DNA from: an uncultured Planctomycetia bacterium
Lineage (GTDB): Bacteria > Omnitrophota > Gorgyraeia > 2-02-FULL-51-18 > JAGOUK01
Assembly (NCBI GenBank): GCA_964430735.1
Contig: CAYSFB010000004.1
Location: 40,040 to 104,039 of the forward strand
Length of the DNA stretch: 64,000 bases
Direction: 5' to 3'
Part shown: in pieces, positions 48,726 to 58,447 of the stretch
Position numbering within the stretch: position 1 is the stretch's first letter
Layout of the letters: the number at the start of each line of letters is the position of its first letter
The notes under the pieces: generated by a model
The model's input: only the letters and a program-made list of their open reading frames with translations
The model's database searches: none
What the model was told of the DNA's origin: nothing
Made by a program: the position numbers and the translations under genes

Positions 48726-49721
48726 TCAGATCGAGAGGATGGGGAGGATCCGGAGCAGGTGAGGGCTGATTTTTTTGCTCCGGCGGATGGCATCCTTGAG
48801 CGGAGTCAAGACGAGTTTCCCGCCGCATTTGCCGGCGGCGACGCCGGTCTTTCCGAGCAACAGCTGTTCCACTGCAAAGCAGCCGAGCTCGCTGGCGAGG
48901 ATGCGGTCCGCCGCGGTGGGCGATCCGCCGCGCTGCATGTGGCCGAGAACGACGACACGGTAGTCATGGCCCGTGACGGCCCGGAGTTTTTTGGCGGCAT
49001 CAAACGCGCCGCCGTGCGTGCTGCCTTCCGCGACGATGAGGATGTTGCTGAGCTTGCCGCATTTTTCGGACGCGACGAGCCGCTTGCCGAGGGCCGCGAC
49101 CGGCTCGTGCTTCTCGGGAATGAGGACTTCCTCTGCTCCGCCGGAGATTGCGACGTCGAGGGCGATGAACCCCGCGTGGCGTCCCATGACCTCGATCAGA
49201 AAGAAGCGCTCATGCGCGTCGGCCGTGTCGCGGATCTTGTCGATCGCTTCGAGCGCCGTGTTGACGGCCGTGTCGTAGCCGATCGTGGAATCGGTTCCGT
49301 ACAAATCGTTGTCGATCGTTCCCGGAAGCGTGAGGATGTTGCCCTTCCAGACCTTCGACAGATCCAGCGCGCCGCCGTAGGTTCCGTTGCCGCCGATGGC
49401 GACGAGTCCGTCGATCCCGCGGCGGTCGAGTTCGCGCGCCGCCTGACGCAGGCCTTTTTGAGTCCGGAAGTCGCCGTGCCGCGACGTTTTGAGGATGGTT
49501 CCGCCGCGCTGAATGATGTTGGACACGCTGCGGGGGACGAGCTTCTCGAAGGCGCCTTCCATCAGGCCGCGGTACCCGCGCAGAACGCCCCATGCTTCCA
49601 GTCCCCGGAAATGCGCCGCGCGCACCACCGCCCGGATCGCCGCGTTCATGCCGGGAGAATCTCCGCCGCTGGTGAGCACGGCGATGCGTTTGATTTTTTT
49701 GGAAGAGGGGCGGGAGGGCAT
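48726..49721 (-). CDS. pfkA: 6-phosphofructokinase
   Basis: RIAVLTSGGDSPGMNAAIRAVVR...LVAIGGNGTYGGA...GTIDNDLYGTDSTIGYDTA...MGRHAGF. Confidence 0.85.
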   Translation of the reverse strand: MPSRPSSKKIKRIAVLTSGGDSPGMNAAIRAVVRAAHFRGLEAWGVLRGYRGLMEGAFEKLVPRSVSNIIQRGGTILKTSRHGDFRTQKGLRQAARELDRRGIDGLVAIGGNGTYGGALDLSKVWKGNILTLPGTIDNDLYGTDSTIGYDTAVNTALEAIDKIRDTADAHERFFLIEVMGRHAGFIALDVAISGGAEEVLIPEKHEPVAALGKRLVASEKCGKLSNILIVAEGSTHGGAFDAAKKLRAVTGHDYRVVVLGHMQRGGSPTAADRILASELGCFAVEQLLLGKTGVAAGKCGGKLVLTPLKDAIRRSKKISPHLLRILPILSI

Positions 49722-49846
49722 AAAAACCTTTGGTTCGGCGCACGGTTAATAACTGGATAAAACTATACATTCATAATCAATACTATTCAATAGTAAGCAT
49801 GAAAAGAATGCGAGGTCGGGGCCCGAGGAAAGGCAGATAAAAAGGG

Positions 49847-49876
49847 TTGTTTTGATTGCGGTGTTAAGGGTATAAT
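49847..49876 (+). promoter_or_regulatory. Sigma70-type promoter TTGTTT-N18-TATAAT upstream of rpsP, followed by a short leader hairpin (AGCCC-TGTGA-GGGCT)
   Basis: Hexamers read directly from the sequence. Confidence 0.4.
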
Positions 49877-49930
49877 TCCGGCTCGTCATTTGAGCCCTGT
49901 GAGGGCTTTCGATCGTTTTTTGGAGGTAGC

Positions 49931-50176
49931 ATGTCAGTTGTCATCCGCATGAAGAAGACCGGCACGAAGAAGAAAATCAAACAGCGCATCGTTGTTTGCG
50001 ATTCCCGTTCCCCCCGGGACGGACGTTTCATCGAACTCCTCGGCACCTGGAATCCGCACACCCAGCCTGCGACGCTCGTTCTCGACGTCGAAAAGGCCAA
50101 GGCGTGGCTTGCCAAAGGCGCCCAGCCCAGCGAGACGATGAAGTCGATTCTTAAAAAAGCCGGCATCAAAAAGTAA
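49931..50176 (+). CDS. rpsP: 30S ribosomal protein S16
   Basis: [42 protein letters not shown]. Confidence 0.9.
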   Translation: MSVVIRMKKTGTKKKIKQRIVVCDSRSPRDGRFIELLGTWNPHTQPATLVLDVEKAKAWLAKGAQPSETMKSILKKAGIKK

Positions 50177-50191
50177 CCGTCAGCTTTTTTC

Positions 50192-50231
50192 AAACGTCAC
50201 TCCGGCCCAGGTCGGGGTGACGTTTTGCTTT
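50192..50231 (+). terminator. Hairpin (AAACGTCAC...GTGACGTTT, 17-nt loop) plus U-rich tract directly in front of the trmD start. It is a possible partial terminator/attenuator between rpsP and trmD.
   Basis: Inverted repeat and TTTTGCTTTT read directly. Only 56 nt separate rpsP and trmD. Confidence 0.35.
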
Positions 50232-50232
50232 T

Positions 50233-50940
50233 ATGCCCAAAGCCCCCAAGCTCCGGTTCGATCTGTTGACGCTGTTCCCGCGGATGTTCGACGCGGTGAC
50301 GGGGGAGTCGATTTTAAAGCGCGCTCAAGCCGCCGGCACGATCCGCATCGACGTGCACGACATCCGTTCCTGCGCGACGGACAAACACAAGACCTGCGAC
50401 GACCGGCCGTTCGGCGGCGGGGCGGGGATGCTGATGAAGCCGGAACCGATCGATAAACTCTGCACGCAGCTTTTTCCTAAAAAGCCCGTCAAAGATTTTT
50501 GCTTCATTTACACTTCGCCGGCGGGGAAGCCTTTTACCCAGGCCGTTGCCGCCAAACTGGCGAAGAAAAAGCGCATTGCCATCCTCTGCGGCCGGTACGA
50601 AGGCGTCGATCAGCGTGTGGTCGACCATTGGGGCATGGAGGAATACTCGATCGGCGACTATGTGCTCACCGGCGGGGAGCTGGCGGCCATGGTGATGGTT
50701 GATTCGGTGGCTCGGCTCGTCCCGGGGGTGCTCGGAAACGCGGCGTCAAAATCCTTTGAATCTTTTGAGGGTAATTTGCTAGAATACCCCCAATATACAC
50801 GCCCTTCGGTCTTCCGGGACCTGCCAGTCCCTCCGGTGCTTCTCACAGGAAACCACCTAGCGATCGAGAAATGGCGGCACGCCCAATCGTTGGAGCGTAC
50901 CGCCGCGCGGCGTCCGGATTTATTGAAAGGAAAGCAGTAA
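50233..50940 (+). CDS. trmD: tRNA (guanine37-N1)-methyltransferase
   Basis: RFDLLTLFPRMFDAVTGESILKRA...DDRPFGGGAGMLMKPEP...GRYEGVDQRV. Confidence 0.9.
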   Translation: MPKAPKLRFDLLTLFPRMFDAVTGESILKRAQAAGTIRIDVHDIRSCATDKHKTCDDRPFGGGAGMLMKPEPIDKLCTQLFPKKPVKDFCFIYTSPAGKPFTQAVAAKLAKKKRIAILCGRYEGVDQRVVDHWGMEEYSIGDYVLTGGELAAMVMVDSVARLVPGVLGNAASKSFESFEGNLLEYPQYTRPSVFRDLPVPPVLLTGNHLAIEKWRHAQSLERTAARRPDLLKGKQ

Positions 50941-50941
50941 C

Positions 50942-51334
50942 ATGAGAAACGCATTGATCCAGAAAGTCGAAGCCGCCTCCCTTAAAAAAGCCGGCGAAGT
51001 TCCGTCCTTCAACGTCGGCGACACCGTCAAGGTGATGCAGCGCGTCGTCGAAGGCGCCAAGACCCGTTCCCAGGCGTTCGAAGGCACCGTGATCGCCAAG
51101 GCCGGAACCGGCGTTACGACCAAGTTCACCGTCCGCCGCGTTTCCTTCGGCGAAGGCGTCGAGAAGTCTTTCCCGGTCAATTCCCCGACAGTCCAGAGCA
51201 TCACGGTCACCCGGCAGGGCAAGGTCCGCCGGTCCAAGCTTTTCTACCTCCGCAACAAGAGCGGTAAAGAAGGCCGTATCGACTCCGCTGTCGCCGCCAT
51301 TGCCGCCAAAGAATCCGAAACTGCAGCAGTTTGA
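50942..51334 (+). CDS. rplS: 50S ribosomal protein L19
   Basis: PSFNVGDTVKVMQRVVEGAKTRSQAFEGTVIAK...VRRVSFGEGVEK. Confidence 0.9.
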   Translation: MRNALIQKVEAASLKKAGEVPSFNVGDTVKVMQRVVEGAKTRSQAFEGTVIAKAGTGVTTKFTVRRVSFGEGVEKSFPVNSPTVQSITVTRQGKVRRSKLFYLRNKSGKEGRIDSAVAAIAAKESETAAV

Positions 51335-51971
51335 TCTAGACGTCCGAAAGGGCGGCTGGAACGTCCTCGCCGGCGTCGATGAAGCCGGGCGGGGGCCTCT
51401 CGCCGGCCCTGTCGTTGCTGCTGCGGCGATCGTCCGCGACCTGAGTTCGCCGTTCTCCGCCCGCATCGACGATTCCAAAAAATTGAGTTCCAAAGCCCGC
51501 GACGCCGCGTTTGAAGAAATTCAGACGCGGTGTCTTGTTTCTGTCGCGGTCAAGGACGCCGCGCGGATCGACACGATCAACATTTACGAGGCGACGCTCG
51601 AGGCGATGCGCGAGGCGGTCGAGGATTTGGCGGTTCTGGCTCAGGCTGAGGGCTCCGGGACGGAAAAACCTTCGCTCGTCCTCATCGACGGGCCCATCAA
51701 GCTGGGCGTGCGCTTCCCGGTCCGCGGCATCGTCGGCGGAGACGCCCAGTCGCTCACGATCGCGTGCGCGTCGATCATGGCCAAGGTGACGCGCGACCGG
51801 ATGATGATGCAGTTCCACGAGCAGTACCCGCAGTACGGTTTTGATCAACACAAGGGATACGGGACGGCGCAGCACATGGAAGCGTTGAAGCTGCATGGGC
51901 CGTGTCCGATCCATCGAAGAAGTTTTGCACCCGTGACCGCAGCCGCATACGCTTTTGCCACGAGAGGATAA
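51300..51971 (+). CDS. rnhB: Ribonuclease HII (TTG start per the ORF track; the true start may be slightly downstream)
   Basis: [22 protein letters not shown]...DDSKKLS. Confidence 0.85.
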   Translation: MPPKNPKLQQFDLDVRKGGWNVLAGVDEAGRGPLAGPVVAAAAIVRDLSSPFSARIDDSKKLSSKARDAAFEEIQTRCLVSVAVKDAARIDTINIYEATLEAMREAVEDLAVLAQAEGSGTEKPSLVLIDGPIKLGVRFPVRGIVGGDAQSLTIACASIMAKVTRDRMMMQFHEQYPQYGFDQHKGYGTAQHMEALKLHGPCPIHRRSFAPVTAAAYAFATRG

Positions 51972-51972
51972 A

Positions 51973-53517
51973 ATGAAGCCCGAGACCATCCTGATCGTCG
52001 ATTACGGTTCCCAGTACAATCTGCTCATCGCCCGTCGCATCCGCGAATTCGGCGTTTATTGCGAAATTCTTCCGCCCAATTTCAAAGCCTCCGACATTGC
52101 CGACAAGCCCATCAAGGGCATCGTGCTCTCCGGCGGTCCGGCATCCATTTATGAGAAGCATGCGCCGGCCTTGAACTCATTGGTGCTGGAGCAGGGCGTG
52201 CCGGTGCTCGGCATCTGCTATGGCATGCAGGCGCTCTGCCACTCGCTCGGCGGCAAGGTCAAGCGCGCCGCGCATCGCGAATACGGACGCGCGCCGCTCA
52301 CGGTGACGCGCTCGGCGTCCGCGTTCTTCAAAGGCGTTCCGAAAACGAGCCAGACCTGGATGAGCCATGGCGACTCGGTCGTCAAGCTTCCGGCCGGGTT
52401 CGTCCCGACAGCCAAGACGGGCAACACGCCCAATGCCGCGTGCGAAAACGCCAAGCGCCGGATCTACGGCGTGCAATTCCATCCGGAAGTCGTGCACACC
52501 GAGCAGGGCGCGAAGATGCTCAAGAACTTCGTCTTCGGCGTTTGCGGCGCGAAGGGGACGTGGACCATCCGTTCGTTCGTCCAGGACGGCATCAAGACCG
52601 CCCGCGCCATCGTCGGCAAGGACCACGTGATCTGCGGTCTGTCCGGCGGCGTCGACTCCTCGGTCGTCGCGGCGCTGTTGTCCAAGGCGGTCGGCAAGCA
52701 GCTGACCTGCATTTTCGTCGACAACGGCTTGCTCCGAAAGGGCGAGCGCGAGCAGGTGAAGCGGATTTTTGGAAATCAGTTCAAGACGGACCTGCACATT
52801 GTCGACGCGCGCAAACTTTTTTTAAAAAACCTCGCCGGCGTCACGGAGCCGGAGAAAAAGCGCAAAATCATCGGCCACACCTTCATCCGCGTGTTCGAAA
52901 AAGAAGCGCGCAAGATCAAGAACGCCAAATGGCTCGCCCAAGGGACGCTGTACCCGGACGTCATCGAAAGCCGCTCCGCGTTCGGCGGTCCGTCAGCGAC
53001 GATCAAGACGCATCACAATGTCGGCGGCCTGCCCGACGACATGCAGTTCAAGCTGATTGAGCCTCTCAAGGAATTGTTCAAGGACGAAGTGCGCAAGGTG
53101 GGACGCGAGCTGGGTCTCTCGAAAGAAATGATCGGCCGGCATCCGTTCCCGGGACCGGGTCTCGCGATCCGTATTTTGGGCGACATCACCGAACAGCGGC
53201 TGACCATCCTCAAGGAGGCCGACTCACGCTTCATCGAAGAACTGCACACGGCGGGGCTGTACGACAAGATCTGGCAGGCGTTCTGCGTCCTGCTTCCCGT
53301 GAAGTCCGTCGGTGTCATGGGTGATCAGCGCACGTACGAGAACGTACTCGCGGTCCGAGCGGTGACCAGTCTGGACGGCATGACGGCCGACTGGGCTGAG
53401 ATTCCGGCGCCGGTCCTCGCCCGCATCTCGAACCGCATCATCAACGAGGTCCGGGGCATCAACCGTGTCGTGTACGATATTTCCTCCAAACCGCCCGCAA
53501 CGATCGAGTGGGAATAA
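51973..53517 (+). CDS. guaA: GMP synthase (glutamine-hydrolysing)
   Basis: [20 protein letters not shown]...GICYGMQ...[10 protein letters not shown] (ATP-PPase P-loop). Confidence 0.9.
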   Translation: MKPETILIVDYGSQYNLLIARRIREFGVYCEILPPNFKASDIADKPIKGIVLSGGPASIYEKHAPALNSLVLEQGVPVLGICYGMQALCHSLGGKVKRAAHREYGRAPLTVTRSASAFFKGVPKTSQTWMSHGDSVVKLPAGFVPTAKTGNTPNAACENAKRRIYGVQFHPEVVHTEQGAKMLKNFVFGVCGAKGTWTIRSFVQDGIKTARAIVGKDHVICGLSGGVDSSVVAALLSKAVGKQLTCIFVDNGLLRKGEREQVKRIFGNQFKTDLHIVDARKLFLKNLAGVTEPEKKRKIIGHTFIRVFEKEARKIKNAKWLAQGTLYPDVIESRSAFGGPSATIKTHHNVGGLPDDMQFKLIEPLKELFKDEVRKVGRELGLSKEMIGRHPFPGPGLAIRILGDITEQRLTILKEADSRFIEELHTAGLYDKIWQAFCVLLPVKSVGVMGDQRTYENVLAVRAVTSLDGMTADWAEIPAPVLARISNRIINEVRGINRVVYDISSKPPATIEWE

Positions 53518-53518
53518 G

Positions 53519-54223
53519 ATGAATCAACGCATACGGATCGGTCTCGCAGTGGCTGCGTTCGTTACGATCGCTGCCGGAGCCGTATCGGCGGGTCCCCTGG
53601 ATTTTTGGCGGCCGAAGGGTAAGGACGCCAAATTGACGAAGAAGGTCCAGGACTGCGGTCAGGTGATTGAGGATTTGATGAAAGGGACCGGGAAGGACAT
53701 CCCGAAGAACATGCTCAAGGACGCTCAGGCCGTCGTGATCTTCAGCGACTCTGTGCGCGCGGGGCTGCTCGTCACGGGTCAATTTGCGCAGGGCGTTGCG
53801 CTGGTCAAGCGGGGCGGGGATTGGAGCGCGCCGGCCTTTTTCCGAATGAGCGGCGTCGGGATCGGACTTCAGATTGGCGGAGACGTCAGCGACGTCGTGT
53901 TCGTCATCACGGACAAGGGCGGCATCGACCAGCTGCTCGAGCATCGGTTCACGATGGGGGCGGACGCGTCGGCCGCGGCAGGGGACAAAGGCCGCCAGAT
54001 CAAGGCGACCGCCAACACCAAGACGCATATGCTCGCCTACGGCCGGTCCAAGGGGCTATTTGCGGGCATGAGCTTCGACGGCGCGGTGATCAAGCAGGAC
54101 GCCGGCGCGAACAAAAAATATTACGGCAAAGACTATACTGCCCGCGACATTCTCCTGAACGGCAAGGCCCCCAAAACGGCCGAAGCCGCCGACCTGATCG
54201 CGATTCTCAAAAAACACAGCTAA
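53519..54223 (+). CDS. Secreted SYLF (Ysc84/DUF500) lipid-binding domain protein
   Basis: Signal peptide, then ...AQAVVIFSDSVRAGLLVTGQFAQGVALVKRGGDWSAPAFFRMSGVGIGLQIGGDV, the SYLF pattern. Confidence 0.65.
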   Translation: MNQRIRIGLAVAAFVTIAAGAVSAGPLDFWRPKGKDAKLTKKVQDCGQVIEDLMKGTGKDIPKNMLKDAQAVVIFSDSVRAGLLVTGQFAQGVALVKRGGDWSAPAFFRMSGVGIGLQIGGDVSDVVFVITDKGGIDQLLEHRFTMGADASAAAGDKGRQIKATANTKTHMLAYGRSKGLFAGMSFDGAVIKQDAGANKKYYGKDYTARDILLNGKAPKTAEAADLIAILKKHS

Positions 54224-54239
54224 TGTGACAAATGTCACA
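54224..54239. promoter_or_regulatory. Perfect CRP/FNR-superfamily palindrome TGTGA-caaatg-TCACA, 82 bp upstream of the acidic-protein gene start
   Basis: A 5+6+5 perfect inverted repeat identical to the E. coli CRP consensus half-sites. It lies in an AT-rich intergenic region directly after the stop of the SYLF gene. Confidence 0.5.
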
Positions 54240-54321
54240 CTCGTTGTGAATTTTTTACTTCGCATTTGAGCATCGGCATGAAACAATAAATGCGATTTTT
54301 TATAACAACACCGGAGGAAGC

Positions 54322-54747
54322 ATGTTGAATCATTTCTTGGCGCGACTGTTCCTGATCTTTGCATTTGTATCGCTGCCGATCCACACGCTGAGCGTGCAGT
54401 GGAGCGGTCTTTTACCCCAGGCGCAACCGGCTCTGGTCTGGGCGGATGATGAAGAGGAAGATCCGGCCTTCGACACCGAAGATGAAATTGATGCCCAGGA
54501 AGACGACGAAATCGCCGACGAAATCGACGCCGATGAGCTCGAGGAAGCCGAGGATGAGGAGATCGAGGATGTGGTCGACGATATTTTTGACGACATGAGT
54601 GAGGACGAAGAGGAGTCGGACGATGATACGGACGACGCCGAAGAGGACGAGGACGAGCCGATGGATGCCGAAGACGTCGAAGCGGCGCAGGCGGAAGGCG
54701 GACAGGCGGCGGAAGATGCGGAGGTCGACAATGCGCTTAGAAGCTAA
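54322..54747 (+). CDS. Secreted, extremely acidic protein (about 60% Asp/Glu after the signal peptide)
   Basis: MLNHFLARLFLIFAFVSLPIHTLSV... then DDEEEDPAFDTEDEIDAQEDDEIADEIDADELEEAEDEEIEDVVDD... The frame is confirmed by its overlap with the downstream gene. Confidence 0.55.
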   Translation: MLNHFLARLFLIFAFVSLPIHTLSVQWSGLLPQAQPALVWADDEEEDPAFDTEDEIDAQEDDEIADEIDADELEEAEDEEIEDVVDDIFDDMSEDEEESDDDTDDAEEDEDEPMDAEDVEAAQAEGGQAAEDAEVDNALRS

Positions 54748-56488
54748 AGTATCTTTGTTCAGCCGCGTTCTTTCGGTGCTCGTGGCGGGTATTTTGATCG
54801 GTGCTCCGTCCGCGGCTCTGGCCGACGACGGATTTGACCTGACCGATTATCGCAAAGCGCTCAAGTCCCCGGTTGGAAAGTCGGTCGCCAAGGCCGCTCC
54901 CGCTGAGGCCGTCGCTATTCTTCAGGCGGAGGTCGCCAAGGCCCCCAAAAAGACCGAGTACCAGCGCCTGTTGGCCAGCGTTTATCGCAAGTCGGGCAAG
55001 TTCGAAGAGAGCATCGTCCCGTTGCAGGCCCGCGTGAAGGCGAAGCCTGGTGACGCGGTAGCGGCCTTGTACCTGGCTGAAGCGCAGATTCGCACGTCCC
55101 GGACGGCCGACGCCCAGGCCACGCTGACCGACGTCGTGGCCGCCAACCCCAGCAGTGTGCCCGCCGACGTGGCTTCGCTCATGCTGGCGCAGCTCGCCTC
55201 CGGCAACACGGTGGAATCCCTGGATCCTCCCGCCTCCACGATCAAGCCCAAGGCGTTCATCGCCGCGCCCGCATCGAAGCTGTTTGCCGCGAAGGACTAT
55301 GTCGGCGCCGCGTCCGCGTTCGCGTCCCTGGCGGCCGAGCATCCCCGGGATGCGATGGTGCTGCGCTACTGGGGCGCTTCGCTGACGAAGGCCGGCCGGG
55401 CGGCGGACGCCGTTCCGGTGTTCGAACGCGCATCGCGCCTGGATCCGCTCGGGATCGCGCTGCACGAAGATTGGGGAACGGCGCTCAAGAAGCTCAAGAT
55501 GAAGACCGACGCCAACAAGCACTTGAAGTTCGCCAAGGACTTCGACCCGGCCGGACCCTATGCGAAGAAAGCCGAGAAGAAGGTCTCCAAGGAAAAGAAG
55601 AAAAAGAGCCCTCTGAAGCTCAAGGGCGGCTTCGGCTACACGTACGACACCAACATCAAGAAGCGGTCGAACGTCGCCGAACAGCGCAAGGCGGCCGATA
55701 TCAGCGGCGGCACCTCGGAGTACAATCTGGGCGCGACGCTCAACCTGTACGACAAGGACAAGTGGCTGATCAAGGTCGACGGCTCGCTGAAGCACACCTA
55801 CCTCAACGAAGACCGTGACGAGCGCAACAAGCACACGCATATGACGGGTATTTCGATCGGCCGCAAGACGACCCTCTTCGGCAAGCCGGTCGATATCGCG
55901 ATGCGCAACGGCGGTTCCAACAACCTCAAGCACGGCCAGTACAACAGCTGGGGCTACAAGAACACGGTCAAGCTGGCGTGGGACTGGAACGAGCATTACA
56001 AGCCGTCCATCACCAACAACATCGGCTACAACGACAAGGACGATACGGGGACGCGTCCCGAGTTCACGAATTCGGAAGGATGGAGCGAGCAGGTCGCGCT
56101 GGACCACAAGTTCATCCCGGATCCGAAGAACAAGGACTACTTCTATACCGCCGGAACGTCCTACCAGCACACCTATGCGCTGGGCCGCAACAACGTGCTG
56201 GACAAGGTGGCCGTTGACGCCGGCGTTGGACTTCCGGTCGCGCCCCTGCTGACGAACGAAACGACGGTGACGTATGCCGTTTCTCAGTACCCGGACTTCG
56301 TGAGCTTCCCGCCCCGCACGCGTCAGAAGCGCGGCGACGACTGGACGCTCAAGACGGCCTTTGTGCGCGAGATCAACAGCAACTGGGAAATCGAATTCGA
56401 TTACACGTACCTGAACTTCAACAATCGCAACGACAAGTCCCAATACGACGGGCACTTGTACACGATCATGGGGAACTTCAAGTACTAA
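54731..56488 (+). CDS. Outer-membrane protein with N-terminal TPR repeats and a C-terminal beta-barrel (PgaA/BcsC-like or YaiO-like architecture)
   Basis: Signal peptide LVAGILIGAPSAALADD. TPR-like helices up to about residue 280. An alternating amphipathic-strand region ending ...YTIMGNFKY, the aromatic C-terminus typical of OM beta-barrels. Confidence 0.65.
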   Translation: MRLEAKVSLFSRVLSVLVAGILIGAPSAALADDGFDLTDYRKALKSPVGKSVAKAAPAEAVAILQAEVAKAPKKTEYQRLLASVYRKSGKFEESIVPLQARVKAKPGDAVAALYLAEAQIRTSRTADAQATLTDVVAANPSSVPADVASLMLAQLASGNTVESLDPPASTIKPKAFIAAPASKLFAAKDYVGAASAFASLAAEHPRDAMVLRYWGASLTKAGRAADAVPVFERASRLDPLGIALHEDWGTALKKLKMKTDANKHLKFAKDFDPAGPYAKKAEKKVSKEKKKKSPLKLKGGFGYTYDTNIKKRSNVAEQRKAADISGGTSEYNLGATLNLYDKDKWLIKVDGSLKHTYLNEDRDERNKHTHMTGISIGRKTTLFGKPVDIAMRNGGSNNLKHGQYNSWGYKNTVKLAWDWNEHYKPSITNNIGYNDKDDTGTRPEFTNSEGWSEQVALDHKFIPDPKNKDYFYTAGTSYQHTYALGRNNVLDKVAVDAGVGLPVAPLLTNETTVTYAVSQYPDFVSFPPRTRQKRGDDWTLKTAFVREINSNWEIEFDYTYLNFNNRNDKSQYDGHLYTIMGNFKY

Positions 56489-56509
56489 ACAATCGGTTCG
56501 GACGCATTC

Positions 56510-56550
56510 AAAAGAGCGGGCTGATCACTTCAGCCCGCTCTTTTTCTTTT
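56510..56550. terminator. Bidirectional rho-independent terminator (AAAAGAGCGGGCTG...CAGCCCGCTCTTTT) between the convergent OMP gene and recQ
   Basis: 14-bp inverted repeat flanked by A-tract/T-tract, read directly. Confidence 0.55.
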
Positions 56551-56566
56551 GAGAAGCGGGTGGGGA

Positions 56567-58399
56567 TCAGGCGCTCTTGAGCGCGTCGAGGAAGGTCTGT
56601 CCGTAGCGCTGGATTTTGACCGCGCCGAAGCCGTGCACGCCCTCGAGGTCTTCAAGGGAGCGAGGCTTTTTCATAGAAAGGTCGAGCAGGGAACGGTCCG
56701 ACAGGATGAGGTAGGCGGGGACGTTCTCCGCGTTGGCCAGTGTCTTACGGACGCGGCGGAGCTCCTCAAACAACGCTTCGTCGTAATCGGCGTCGTCAAC
56801 GAGCTCTCTGCGGACGGGTTTTTCCTTAGCCGCTTTTTCCGCCTTGCTCTCGACCACCGACAATTCGACCGCCGCCTCGCCGCTCATCACTTCCTCGGCT
56901 TTCGCGCCCAGCTTCACGACCGGATACTCGAGCCCCTCCTGCCGCAGCACGCCCCGTTCGATGAGTTCCCGGATCCGCCGGCGGATCAGGTCCTTGGTCA
57001 TGTCTTTGAGCGCGCCGTAGCCGGGGAGATCCGTATGGTAACCGGCGTATTTGGCCGAGGCGGCGCCCTTTAAAAAATCCGCCAGCGTCGTGACGCCGAA
57101 GCTGCGGCCGAGCGTCTGCACGGCGCGGATCACGGTCTTGGCCAGATCAGTCTGGTCCTCGCGCTTGCGTTCCTGGGTGCAGTTGTCGCAGGAGTTGCAG
57201 GGCGCGGTGTAGCTCTCGCCGAAATATTCGAGCAGGTGCTTGCGCCGGCAGGTGGTGAGCTCGCAGAAGCGGCTCATTTTGCTCAGCTTGGCGAGCAGGA
57301 TCTGCGTCTGCTGGGGGTTGCCGTCGATTTCGGCGAATTTGGCGAGCTTGGCGTAGTCGCCGGAGCTGTAAAAGAGCAGCGCGTCGGACTTGAGGCCGTC
57401 GCGGCCGGCGCGCCCCGTTTCCTGATAATACCCTTCGATATTCTTCGGCATGTCCATGTGCGCGACGAAGCGGACGTTGGACTTGTTGATGCCCATGCCG
57501 AACGCGATGGTCGCGGCCATGATCTTCACTTCATCCTTGAGAAATAGCTCCTGGTTTTTCTCGCGGGTCTCCTTGTTGAGGCCCGCGTGGTAGGGGAGCG
57601 CCGAAAAACCGTCGGCCTGGAGCTTTTCGCACAGCGTTTCGACGGACTGGCGCGAGAGGCAGTAGACAATGCCGGATTCCTCGCGGCGCTTTTTAATAAA
57701 GGAAACGAGCTGGCCGTAGGACTGATTCTTGGGTTCGACGCGGTAGTGGATGTTGGCGCGGTCGAAGCTGGCGATGTAGGTCTTGGGGTTGCGAAGGCGG
57801 AGTTTGTTCAGGATATCCTTCTGCGTCGCCGGGTCGGCCGTCGCGGTGAACGCGGCGACCGGGACGTCGGGGAAGAATTCCTTGAGCACCGAGAGTTTGA
57901 GGTATTCGGGGCGGAAGTCGTGGCCCCATTGTGAGATGCAATGCGCTTCGTCGATGGCGCAGAGGTCCACCTTGAGGGTGTGCAGGAAATAGAGGAATTG
58001 CCGTTCCTGGGAAAAAAGCCGCTCGGGCGCGATGTAGAGGAGTTTGGTCGTGCCTTCCTTCAGGCCATTGATCACGGCCGCCTGCTCCCCGGCGCTCTGC
58101 GAGGAGTTGAGAAAAGCGGATTCGACGCCGACCAGACGCAGCGCGTCGACCTGGTCCTTCATCAGCGAAATGAGCGGCGAAATTACGACGGTGAGGCCGT
58201 CCGAAAGGAGCGCCGGGATCTGGTAACAGAGCGACTTGCCGCCGCCGGTGGGCATGATGGCGAGCAGGTCTTCGCGCCGGAAAATGGCTTCGAGGATATG
58301 CGCCTGCTCGAGCCGGAAGTCCTCGTACCCGAAGCGGGTCTTGAGGACGCCGAGCGCGTCTTTCATGAGCTGGGCGGGGGACGGAAGGGTGTTCATCAC
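56567..58399 (-). CDS. recQ: ATP-dependent DNA helicase RecQ
   Basis: FRLEQAHILEAI...AIMPTGGGKSLCYQIPAL...DEAHCISQWGHDFRP, a Zn-binding Cys cluster, and a C-terminal HRDC domain. Confidence 0.9.
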   Translation of the reverse strand: MMNTLPSPAQLMKDALGVLKTRFGYEDFRLEQAHILEAIFRREDLLAIMPTGGGKSLCYQIPALLSDGLTVVISPLISLMKDQVDALRLVGVESAFLNSSQSAGEQAAVINGLKEGTTKLLYIAPERLFSQERQFLYFLHTLKVDLCAIDEAHCISQWGHDFRPEYLKLSVLKEFFPDVPVAAFTATADPATQKDILNKLRLRNPKTYIASFDRANIHYRVEPKNQSYGQLVSFIKKRREESGIVYCLSRQSVETLCEKLQADGFSALPYHAGLNKETREKNQELFLKDEVKIMAATIAFGMGINKSNVRFVAHMDMPKNIEGYYQETGRAGRDGLKSDALLFYSSGDYAKLAKFAEIDGNPQQTQILLAKLSKMSRFCELTTCRRKHLLEYFGESYTAPCNSCDNCTQERKREDQTDLAKTVIRAVQTLGRSFGVTTLADFLKGAASAKYAGYHTDLPGYGALKDMTKDLIRRRIRELIERGVLRQEGLEYPVVKLGAKAEEVMSGEAAVELSVVESKAEKAAKEKPVRRELVDDADYDEALFEELRRVRKTLANAENVPAYLILSDRSLLDLSMKKPRSLEDLEGVHGFGAVKIQRYGQTFLDALKSA

Positions 58400-58447
58400 C
58401 GGGAGTATAGAATAAATTATCGCCGGGCGATAGGGTACAATAGCGGC

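Noticed and set aside
54322-54747. Possibility that the poly-acidic ORF is a low-complexity artefact (the minus-strand mirror ORF 54330..54731 is Ser-rich)
   Set aside because: It is kept as a real gene. It has a signal peptide and its own AT-rich upstream region. Its stop overlaps the start of the downstream OMP gene in the classic coupled arrangement. The Ser-rich antisense frame is the artefact.
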